Assembly: GCA_965279515.1 (NCBI GenBank)
Contig: CBDIID010000003.1
Location: 4,448,001 to 4,512,000, forward strand
Length of the DNA stretch: 64,000 nucleotides
From: Turneriella sp.
GTDB lineage: Bacteria; Spirochaetota; Leptospiria; Turneriellales; Turneriellaceae
Reading direction: 5' to 3'
Shown in pieces: positions 1 through 9,600 of the stretch (positions are counted from its first letter, which is position 1; the number at the start of each line of letters is the position of its first letter). The notes under the pieces were generated by a model that was not told where the DNA came from, did not search any database, and saw only the letters and a program-made list of their open reading frames with translations. Made by a program: the position numbers and the translations under genes.

Positions 1-2161
1 CGGATTACCCCCGGTGCACGTCGTCGGCTACAGCATGGGTTCCGGAGTTGCGATCGAACTGGCGCATCTAAACCCGCGGCGCCTGCTTTCCCTGACTTTG
101 CTTTCCGGCATCGGCGTTCAGGAACATGAACTGCTTGGAAATTATCATTTGAATCACCTGTTGCATGCGCTGCAACTCGCTTTCTTCTGGAGTCTCGACC
201 ATTTTGTTCCGCATTTCGGATTATTGAAAAATTTTCCGCTGAACTATTATTATGCCCGGAATTTTTTCGATACGGATCAGCGCCCGCTGAAACAATACCT
301 CAGCGAGCTCAGGCTCCCCGTGCTCATTCTGCATGGGGATGACGATGTTCTCGTTCCCGTGGCCGCTGCCCGTGCACACCACGCATTGATCAGGCGCAGC
401 GAGCTCAGCATTTTCCCGCGGTCAGGGCATCTGCTCGTTTGGGAGGATGTCAATGCCGTGGCGGGTTCCCTAACCGGTTTTGTCGAACGGCTCGAAGCCG
501 GAATTTTACCGGCGATGCAGCCTGAGGAGCAACGACAGACCGGGGTGGGCTCGGCAGCGGTGAAGCAGGTCAGCGGCGGTGCGCTTTGGTTTATCCTGGT
601 GTGCCTGGCTCTTGCAACGTTCGCCAGTGAAGATCTGGCCGCGCTGTCTTCGGGCATTTTAGCCGCTAATGGCAACATTACTTTTCTCCATGCGGCCATG
701 GCATCCTTTGCCGGCATTTTCATCGGCGATATCTTGCTGATGTTTTGCGGGCGCGCGTTGGGTTCGGTATCATTTTTGAGCGGCATAATCCGGAAAAATG
801 TCTCCGGCGATGCGTTGCTGCGCGCGGAAAACTGGCTTCGCGCCAAGGGAATTGCCGCGGTTTTTCTCAGCCGCTTTGTTCCGGGAACGCGGTTGCCGCT
901 TTATCTCGCCATCGGTTACTCCCGGCAAAGCATGCTGCGCTTTACTCTGGCGTTCTGCGCCGCGTGCCTGGTATGGACGCCGCTGATCGTTGCTGCCGGG
1001 TATTTTTTCGGCGATCAGGCCCTCGAATATCTTGCAAACTACCAGGTCTCTGCGGGCTGGATTTTCCTGTCTTTGCTTGCCGTCATTTTTTTCATAAAAA
1101 AAATTCTGATTCCGCTTTTGACGTGGCGCGGTCGCCGGCTGCTCTATTCTTCATACCTGCGCCTGACGCTCTGGGAATTCTGGCCACCCTGGATCTTCTA
1201 CATTCCCCTGGGTTTTTATTTTATTTTTCTCATCATCCGTCACCGCAGCTTCACGGTATTTACCGCCGCTAACCCGGCAATACCCGACGGCGGTGTGATC
1301 GGCGAATCGAAGGCGGCAATCTTGCAGGGCCTTTCGCGTGCCCGCAAAAACATCGCGCGTTTCGCACTGATCGAGCCGGCGCCTGCCGGCGAAAGAATGC
1401 GACAGATGTCGGATTTCATGCGGCGGCAAAAACTGAAATTTCCGGTTGTATTAAAACCCGATGTCGGCGAGCGCGGCAACGACGTACAGATTGTTTATTC
1501 GGGCGCCGATGCGGCCAGCTATTTTGAAGAGCATGCGAAAGCCGTGATCGTCCAGGAGTACATCGCAGGTCTTGAATTCGGCGTTTTTTATTTCCGCATT
1601 CCGCAATCCCACCGGGGAGAGATTTTTGCCATTACGGATAAACGTTTCCCGGCGCTGACAGGTGACGGAGAACGCAGCCTCGAAGAGCTGATTCTGAGCG
1701 ACCCGCGCGCGGTGATGATGGCGCGTTTCCATTTGAAGAAGTTTGCCACGCGCCTCGGCGAAGTCGTCCCCGCAGGAGAAAAATTCGCCCTGGTCGAGTT
1801 GGGAACGCATTGCAAGGGATCACTTTTCCTCGACGGCACGCAACACCGGACTCCCGAACTCGTGAAGGCCATCGAAGGTATCAGCCAGGGCTTCGATGGT
1901 TTCTTTTTTGGCCGATACGATATTCGTGTGCCATCGCTCGCCGATTTCAGGCAGGGTAAGAATCTGAAGGTGGTCGAGTTAAACGGTGTTACGTCCGAAG
2001 CGACGAGCATCTATGATCCAAAACATTCGCTCACGGATGCATATAAAGTTCTCGCCCGGCAGTGGCAAATTGCCTTCTCCATTGGCGCAGAGAATGCCGC
2101 TCGTGGCGCTATTGTGACACCGCTGTCAGTGTTAATCCGCCATCTGTCTGTGCGTCGCTGA
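1..2161 (+). CDS. 5'-truncated fusion: alpha/beta hydrolase + DedA/VTT membrane domain + ATP-grasp domain
   Basis: Frame is open from the window edge. GYSMG nucleophile, HGDDD and GH triad motifs; DedA motifs ATFASEDLA and RFVPGTR among TM helices; ATP-grasp motifs KPDVGERG, VQEYIAG, GRYDIR, ELNG. Confidence 0.8.
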   Translation, partial: GLPPVHVVGYSMGSGVAIELAHLNPRRLLSLTLLSGIGVQEHELLGNYHLNHLLHALQLAFFWSLDHFVPHFGLLKNFPLNYYYARNFFDTDQRPLKQYLSELRLPVLILHGDDDVLVPVAAARAHHALIRRSELSIFPRSGHLLVWEDVNAVAGSLTGFVERLEAGILPAMQPEEQRQTGVGSAAVKQVSGGALWFILVCLALATFASEDLAALSSGILAANGNITFLHAAMASFAGIFIGDILLMFCGRALGSVSFLSGIIRKNVSGDALLRAENWLRAKGIAAVFLSRFVPGTRLPLYLAIGYSRQSMLRFTLAFCAACLVWTPLIVAAGYFFGDQALEYLANYQVSAGWIFLSLLAVIFFIKKILIPLLTWRGRRLLYSSYLRLTLWEFWPPWIFYIPLGFYFIFLIIRHRSFTVFTAANPAIPDGGVIGESKAAILQGLSRARKNIARFALIEPAPAGERMRQMSDFMRRQKLKFPVVLKPDVGERGNDVQIVYSGADAASYFEEHAKAVIVQEYIAGLEFGVFYFRIPQSHRGEIFAITDKRFPALTGDGERSLEELILSDPRAVMMARFHLKKFATRLGEVVPAGEKFALVELGTHCKGSLFLDGTQHRTPELVKAIEGISQGFDGFFFGRYDIRVPSLADFRQGKNLKVVELNGVTSEATSIYDPKHSLTDAYKVLARQWQIAFSIGAENAARGAIVTPLSVLIRHLSVRR

Positions 2162-2246
2162 AGCCGCTTCATTTTTTTTGTCGATACCTGCTATTTTCCC
2201 GCGTCGCATTGAGTTAGGAAAGGGAGAAACCCGATAAAACATAGGA

Positions 2247-3020
2247 GTGCCTTTGTTTAAGCAAATTGCCATCTCTTCCTTTATTCTCCTGCTCACTGCG
2301 GGTTTTGTCCATGCGCAGGGGGCTGCGCCGGCAGCGGCGAAGCCCGTTGTAAAGCCCTTACCCAAAGGCAAGAAGATCGGCATTAAAAAACCTGGTGCAG
2401 AGTCCGATCCCGCCGCAGCCGACATGGCGCTGCCGGGCGAGGGGAATAACGCAGACAACTATGGGCGGGTTTGGCGCCGCAGTCAGCTCGATCTGCGTGT
2501 GGGCTTGCTGGGGGGTATGCTCATACCCATTGGGCAGGCTTCGCAGGTTCTGAACTTAGGTTTTGGCGGACGTCTATGGGCTTCGGTTGAGACGACATTC
2601 ATCAAGCTGCCGAAATCTAAAATTTTCCAGAATACGTTGCTGATTTATGAATTTAGTTTTTATAAGGCGACCGGAAAGTCTGTATCGAGCAAAATTGGGC
2701 AGGATACCGACGCCGATTATGTCACCAATGCAGGGGCTATCGGAAAAGCGTATGACGTACAATTCTCACCGAAGTTTGTAATGCGATTTATTCCTTATGT
2801 AGGCGTTGGGCTAACCAACATTACTTCAGATACACAGACGCCGACCGGCGTCATCCACGCAGTGAGTGGGGACATAATCGCGAAATATGGCTTTGCCACG
2901 GTTTACGACTTCAACCGGCGCTGGCAGGCTATCATGACTGTGGATCACTACATCTATTTCGAGGAGAAAATTGGCATGTCGCTGCGCATTGGTCTCGGAG
3001 CGACCATGATGATTTTCTGA
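2247..3020 (+). CDS. Secreted protein, probable outer-membrane beta-barrel
   Basis: Signal peptide ending VHA-Q, K/P-rich linker, alternating amphipathic strands, C-terminal Phe; AGGA just upstream of the GTG. Confidence 0.6.
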   Translation: MPLFKQIAISSFILLLTAGFVHAQGAAPAAAKPVVKPLPKGKKIGIKKPGAESDPAAADMALPGEGNNADNYGRVWRRSQLDLRVGLLGGMLIPIGQASQVLNLGFGGRLWASVETTFIKLPKSKIFQNTLLIYEFSFYKATGKSVSSKIGQDTDADYVTNAGAIGKAYDVQFSPKFVMRFIPYVGVGLTNITSDTQTPTGVIHAVSGDIIAKYGFATVYDFNRRWQAIMTVDHYIYFEEKIGMSLRIGLGATMMIF

Positions 3021-3110
3021 TCCCATGGAATCTGTCGTACTCACACCCGCTCGCTCGTCTAATTGGCATGAGGGCAGACGCATGAGACATCTAACATTAG
3101 GAGGGCGATC

Positions 3111-6100
3111 ATGAAACCGATCCGTTCGCTGTTCCTTCTGGGCTTAATTGTACCTGTTTTGTCGTACTGCGGCAAAGTCACCGACGGTCGCGAAAAAGAT
3201 AAGACTGCGGATAACGCCAGTGTTAGTGCTGATTCCGCTACAGCGCAAGCTGCCGAGGCTGCACCGGATTATGTCTCCCACGCGGTAATCAATAACAATA
3301 CGATTCATGTGACATTTAATAAGGAATGCACAGACGCGACTGTAACGAATACCGCGAATTACATCATTAACAATGGCCTGGTTGTTCAATCCGTTGCGAA
3401 AGATTCAGCTGATAAAACAAAACTGGTCATTACCACAACAACGCAGACGAACCAGTCTTATACACTCACAATTCTGAATCTGACAAGTTTGGCGGGAACG
3501 CCGATCGTCGGTGTGAAGCAGATTACATTTACCGGTCTGGCATTGCCTACAGCCACGTTCACTTGGCGCAATCCTGTCGACCAATCTGCTTTTCCTGAAA
3601 CCATAGGCACATGGACACTTTGCAATCCGAATACTTCAGCAAGCGCATGCACTGTGCAGCCATACTACAATAAGACTGCTTTGGATATCGTCGTGGCCGG
3701 CGTCAATGTTGCCGCATACAAATATAAATTGGATGCCGGAAGTTGGGGGGCTGAAATTCCCGTTGCGACGCCACTCACGGTCTCTGGCCTAAGCGAAGGT
3801 TATCATACTCTTTACATTGCTGTTAAACACACGTTAGGTTATTGGCAGGAAACAACTTCGCCCGATGTGAAGACCTTTTCGTGGGTTCAGGATTCTTTGC
3901 CGGCTGCAGACGCGGCATTCGACACTGTAACGTTGCCAACGACGAATGGTGGCACGACTGCTTCTCAAAGCGTGAATATCAGAATCATCGGTTCCGAAAT
4001 AGCCAGGTATAAAATATGCCTGAACAACGGGGCATACAATGACTGCACTACCAGCACATTCAAGGGAACAACACCGACTTCTGTGAATAATAATATTTCG
4101 ATTCCGAACACCGATTATACGGCAATTCTGACGCCGGGGTCCGTGCAGTTAAAAGTGATTGGTTATGACGCAAGTGGTAATGTCCAGATAGCTCCTGTCG
4201 CGGCCGGAATCTTTAACTATACAATCGATACGCAAAATGTCGAAGCCGTTTTTAATGTCGCCGATCTTCCAGGTTCGATCAACAACGGTACAACATCGGC
4301 CACAGTTAATGTCCTGAGCACGTACGGCGCAGTAACCTATATTGGTCAGATCATCGACGGAACCGATTGCAGTACGGTTCCCTGGGTGGCCCTTTCGGCG
4401 GCTCCGGTTTCCGTTGCTACCCCGATTACGCGCACCGGTATGACGGATGCGGTCGCACAAAAAACCATTTGTGCCGTTGGCCGTAGTATTGGTGGCCTGT
4501 GGCAGGGATCATGGAGTGGGGCGGGAACTCCCCCGAACATCACGAAGTACACGTGGGTCATTGATACTTCGGCGCCCACAGCGACGGTATACTGGCAAAG
4601 TCCGATAACTGCGCCCACAGCCACAACACAGACCTCAGGCTACAGGTTGCAGGTATCTTCAAATGGTGGGGCGTCCCACTATCGTTATGCAGTCGTCACC
4701 GGTGCGGGTACAGCCTGTTCTACCGGCACATACAGCGCTAACATAACCATTGAGACCGACATCACGATCGATCCACCCACCATTGCAACGACTGGGACTA
4801 CGGTATATAAAGTTTGCGTTGTTGCAGGCGATCTGGCAGGAAACTGGCAGGCGACGACCTCGGCCAGTACCAGTGGCGAGTGGACGGTGGATTTAGATCC
4901 GCCGTCGGCGAATCCGTCATTTGCTGCCGCTTCATCCAGCGCGCGTAGCTTCAATACGGCTGCCTTAACATTCAGTATCGATAACTCTACCGCGACCGCC
5001 GACTCGTTCTACTATCAGGTGCAGGTGGCGACCGACACGGGATTTACCAACATTATTGGCGATACGACTGTAAAAAGCTGTAAAGGCATCTCGCTCCCCG
5101 AATGCCCGGCAGCTCTCGGTACTAAGGATTTTGCGGTAGCCGTAGATGCATTCCAGTCCGCAAGCTATTATGCACGCGTCAAAGCGGGCGACTCCCTAGG
5201 CAACATGCGCGGTACGTTTTCTTCTGCATCGGCCGAACACTATGTTGTCGGAAAAATTACCGGTACGATTCGTAACCAGGCGAATGCGGCCGTCACGGGT
5301 ATTTCCATTAAGATTCTGACAGCTGGCGGAACCGATGTTACCTCTCTTTATGGAGGAACAATTACTACCGGCGCGGGTGGAATATTTACCATCGATAACG
5401 TACGCACGGCCAAACTCGGATATCAGATTCGGGCGGCCGAAGGGGATGCAACCTACTATCCCGCAACAAAGCGCAATGTCACAGTACAGGAAAAAGGCTC
5501 GGGTGGCACCATTCAGACCAATATCGGTACGCTGGGTCTTGCGGCGATAGCGGGTTCTTCGGCACAGACTGTTTCGGCAAAAGTTGTCGATGCGGATGAC
5601 GGTTGGATGCTGGGTTATGCCGAAGTTAAGCTGATAGACTATCTGGGCGTGACGGTAGCAACCGCACGCACGGTGGAGACCGCTGCAAATTGTACGAGTA
5701 TTCCGCCGGTAGGAGCACCTCCTACAAATATTCCTAAGGCGAAGTTTGACCTGGTTGTCACTTGCGGCGATGTCTCTTTCACAGGTGTAACTCCCGGTAC
5801 CTATACAATTCAGGTGAACGGCGACAGCTGGGGCACCACTAATCAACGATACAATCAATTGGATGTCGAGAGCGTCGTCGTTCATAGCACGGCGGCGGCC
5901 AAAGGGCGCATACCGATGGTGCGCCTGCTTACCGGGCAGGATATTAAGATTGTACTTTCCTGGGGTGCTTTAGAGCCGCGCGACCCCGATATGCACATGG
6001 TCGGGTCTCTGCCTTCCGGGCAAACCATCACCAATGTGAATGGCGATACCTGCAATACGAACCAATTCCATATCTGGGCGGGCAGGCCTAATGTGGGCGG

Positions 6101-6656
6101 CTTTGCGTGGCAGCAGCAATATTCGGCGAAGACCCGTACGTATCCACAGGGTAATGCGGCTTATAGCACACAGAACTTCTTTCCGCTGGACCCATCCACA
6201 ACAGCTGCTCTTGTTCAAGATGCGAACAGCGGTTATGGTCCGGAGGCTATCAACCTGATCTCGGGTTATACGGACGGCACATATTGGGTGAGCGTCATTA
6301 ACTGGGGTGGCTGGTATCCGGGCTCCTATGGCGTTACGAAAGCGTCACAGCGGTGGGATGTCACCCAGGTGGGCATCAAGGTCTACGACGCCGATGGACT
6401 TACTTTCGAGATGATTGCTGCGCAACCGACGGCAGTACCGAGTCAGCTTGCACCTGCGACGGCTGTGGCTGGCTGTGGACTCGGTGGCGCTTCCGACTGG
6501 AATGAATGTGAGCTTTGGCAGGCATTTAAGATTACCGTGGCCGGCGGCGGCGCCGCAGGCCGCCAATTCACGCCAGTGAATACCTTTCAAAATTGGGCGG
6601 ATTCGACCGGTAATGGAGTTTATGATCTCAGTAAATGTTATTTGAATACGTTTTGA
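3111..6656 (+). CDS. Large surface lipoprotein with Ig-like repeats, carboxypeptidase-regulatory-like domains and a C-terminal YfaP/DUF2135-like domain
   Basis: RBS AGGAGG; lipobox LSYC; T/S/G-rich; four repeats ending G-x-W/V-Q...W/Y-x-x-D; C-terminal IKIVLSWG..DPDMH..GYGPEAIN. Confidence 0.75.
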   Translation: MKPIRSLFLLGLIVPVLSYCGKVTDGREKDKTADNASVSADSATAQAAEAAPDYVSHAVINNNTIHVTFNKECTDATVTNTANYIINNGLVVQSVAKDSADKTKLVITTTTQTNQSYTLTILNLTSLAGTPIVGVKQITFTGLALPTATFTWRNPVDQSAFPETIGTWTLCNPNTSASACTVQPYYNKTALDIVVAGVNVAAYKYKLDAGSWGAEIPVATPLTVSGLSEGYHTLYIAVKHTLGYWQETTSPDVKTFSWVQDSLPAADAAFDTVTLPTTNGGTTASQSVNIRIIGSEIARYKICLNNGAYNDCTTSTFKGTTPTSVNNNISIPNTDYTAILTPGSVQLKVIGYDASGNVQIAPVAAGIFNYTIDTQNVEAVFNVADLPGSINNGTTSATVNVLSTYGAVTYIGQIIDGTDCSTVPWVALSAAPVSVATPITRTGMTDAVAQKTICAVGRSIGGLWQGSWSGAGTPPNITKYTWVIDTSAPTATVYWQSPITAPTATTQTSGYRLQVSSNGGASHYRYAVVTGAGTACSTGTYSANITIETDITIDPPTIATTGTTVYKVCVVAGDLAGNWQATTSASTSGEWTVDLDPPSANPSFAAASSSARSFNTAALTFSIDNSTATADSFYYQVQVATDTGFTNIIGDTTVKSCKGISLPECPAALGTKDFAVAVDAFQSASYYARVKAGDSLGNMRGTFSSASAEHYVVGKITGTIRNQANAAVTGISIKILTAGGTDVTSLYGGTITTGAGGIFTIDNVRTAKLGYQIRAAEGDATYYPATKRNVTVQEKGSGGTIQTNIGTLGLAAIAGSSAQTVSAKVVDADDGWMLGYAEVKLIDYLGVTVATARTVETAANCTSIPPVGAPPTNIPKAKFDLVVTCGDVSFTGVTPGTYTIQVNGDSWGTTNQRYNQLDVESVVVHSTAAAKGRIPMVRLLTGQDIKIVLSWGALEPRDPDMHMVGSLPSGQTITNVNGDTCNTNQFHIWAGRPNVGGFAWQQQYSAKTRTYPQGNAAYSTQNFFPLDPSTTAALVQDANSGYGPEAINLISGYTDGTYWVSVINWGGWYPGSYGVTKASQRWDVTQVGIKVYDADGLTFEMIAAQPTAVPSQLAPATAVAGCGLGGASDWNECELWQAFKITVAGGGAAGRQFTPVNTFQNWADSTGNGVYDLSKCYLNTF

Positions 6657-6661
6657 GGAAT

Positions 6662-9600
6662 ATGTTTACTCAAAATCATCACCTGCCCCGTAAAACTATC
6701 CTGATCTTTTTTTTAGGTTTCATCTTATTGAGCCAGGCTTGTGTGGGCAAATTCTTGTCGACGATGCTTTCCAACGAGGGTGCGAATTTCAAACTCATCG
6801 AAGTGAGTGCCGTAGCCAACACGCGCATCCGCGTTTCTTTCAATAAACCACTCGATAAGACCAATGGTTCAGGTACGGTGCTGAGCAATTATTCCATTCC
6901 GGGTTTGAATCTCGTTTCGGTTGAAGCGGGCTCTGAGACGCACCAGGTTTTTTTGAATCTTAACCCGGCAGACTCAGTCCGTATGGATCGGACCACGTAT
7001 ACGCTGACAGTTAGTAATGTTCTCAACCAAACCCTGGATCCGCTTTTGGCGGATGGCAGGTCTATGTCTTTCACCGGTGCTAAATATCTTCAGGCCCGCT
7101 GTTTCAATGATGATGGCACTGATTCGTGCCCGCCGCTGGCCGCGACCGGCGCGGCGTTTGGTTATACGATTAAGATCCGTGGAGATTATGCTGTCGGCTC
7201 GAATTACCAGTGGCAGCTCTTGAGCAAGAATCCTGGCGCCTCACCGACTACATATGTTCCAGCCAGTATGTGCCTGAATACAAAGCACACGAATTATCCA
7301 ACATGCAATGACAATGCTTTGCCGGCATACGATAATGGTCTAGGCGCGGGAACAACCACTCTCGGTTGGAGTCCGACGACACCCGTCTCCACACCGATTA
7401 AGATTAGTGGTTTAATGACACTCGACTATCGCATCGAATTTCGAGTACAGGATGCTTTAGGCGCCTGGCAACCGGCAGGTTATGAGTCTTTCAAAGAATT
7501 TTCAGTCGATTCGACTTCGCCTGCGAAGATTGGCTTAAGCGGTGCCGGCGGTCCATCGTCAGTACCTGCGTACACTACGCTCACCAATGTGCGGATCACT
7601 AATATCAGCGTTCGTCCGCGTAGCTGTACGGAGTTCCCTACACCAGCGCCGGATTGTTCTGCAAGTCCGGAAGCGCCTTCGCACTATAAATATCAGATTC
7701 TTTACCAGGCGGGCAGTTGCCCTATCACAGTTCCCTCTGTTCTCGTGAACTGGACTTCGGAGATTTCGGCGAATATTCCCATCAACTATGACATGGGTAC
7801 AACTGAAGGGTGTTATTCTATCCGCGTGCTCGCGCGCGATATTGCGGGTAACTGGCAGTGCCTCACCGACGCGACAGATACTACCAATGGTAAATGCCAG
7901 CACAGCATTGGGGTTGGGCAGATTGATGAATTTTTTACAAGCAGAGCATATCAGGTGGCCCATATTCAATTCGATGCCACTGCGCCCACGGCAAGTTTTA
8001 TCAGCGGTACAACGCCGAATGATCCGACAGCCAGTACTTCGCTGACAGTGGGTGTGACTGCCAGCGCCGATGTGCCGTATTTCCGTTACCGCATTTCCGG
8101 TCCCGGGCAGGCTGGCGTTTGGTCAGGTGATAAGGTCTCAGGCCTCGGTGGGGTGGCGAATCCTTTCATCAGTGGCACTCCTCCTGGTGAATTTATTTCC
8201 GCTTCCGGTCTATCCAATGGTGGCACATATACAATCGATATCATCGGAAAAGATCCGGCCGGGAATTATCAATCCACATCATCGCCGACAACGTATACTT
8301 TCACGGTAGACACGAACGTACCTACGGCGGTGCTCACGGCATACACCGGAGCGGGCGGGTGTGTCGGAATGCAGGGTTTGCCGAATAACCCGACCAATAA
8401 CAATTGTTTTTCCGTTACCGTCGGTGGCCCCGGTGTGACGCATTATAAGGCGACGTTCGTTTCAGGCAGCGCCTGCCCGAACACGGACGGAGCTTACGGC
8501 GCGGCCACAGTGATAGGGACGAAGTATACAAATACTTCGCCCGGATTTGTTAATGGAACAACATACAGTCTTTGTGTGCGTGGCGGTGCATCAATAACCG
8601 GACCTTTCGGCCTCGCTGCCGGTGAAATTACACGCTATACCTTCACCTTTGATAATGCGCCGCCAACCGGAACCGCGGTGACGCAGTTATTGACACCAGT
8701 CTATGCAACGGCACCGGCATCCGGTACAATACGCACTGTTCTCAAAGATGCGGACGTTATCATTGGAAACGCTTCCGGTGAGGCTGTGCTTGCTTATAAG
8801 GGCGCGATATACCAAACCACGGATTGCGTTGCATCACCAGGGCTTGCTGCGGTTCAGGCATTGACCGAGAAGTCGGTGTATACGCCGATACAAAAGACAG
8901 GTATGGCTAACGCCGAGCAGCGTGTGTGCTTCATAGGGCGCGACGCGGCGGGTAACTACCAAACCAGCGTGCAGCAATACTCATTTACGGTATTCGATCC
9001 GGCGACGCCGTCTGACGGTGGCGGCGCCAATGATAATGCCTATGTTTCGAATTTTAACTACTCGTGGGCTGGCATTCCGGCAGACGTGACCGAGATACGG
9101 ATCCGCATTTGTACGGATGCCGCCTGTGCATCGCCGATACCGGGATTTCAAAACGGCATAGCTGTCTGTAGCAGTGCTGCAGTCTGTGTAGGGACAACAA
9201 CTTATAATGTGGTGAGCAACTGTACTGGCCTTGGCTGCATAAAGGCCCTCAATGGTTCAAGATACTACGCCCAGCTCAAGGTTACCGACGCCGCTGGTAA
9301 TGCCAGCTCATTCGGCACTGTCTCCGATGGAAAAGTGATCACGGGTGGCGTTACGGGCATCATACGCGATACGAATGGAAATCCCGTGAGCGGTGCGACA
9401 GTCACGCTCTATGATAGTTCCTGCACCGGCGCGGCTTACGGTGCGATGGCTTCAACAGGTGCTGGTGCATTCACGATCAGCAATGCGACTCCGGCATTTC
9501 CGCCGATCGTTCTCGCGACTAATGGCCATTGTATTAAGGTGACAGCGTCAGGTGGTCGTCAGGGTACTAAACAGTTCATAAGTATTGATCCGGCTACGAA

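Noticed and set aside
2205..2240. Sigma28-like CCGATAA upstream of the barrel gene (similar GTCGATAA before fliH)
   Set aside because: No convincing TAAA -35 at the correct spacing.
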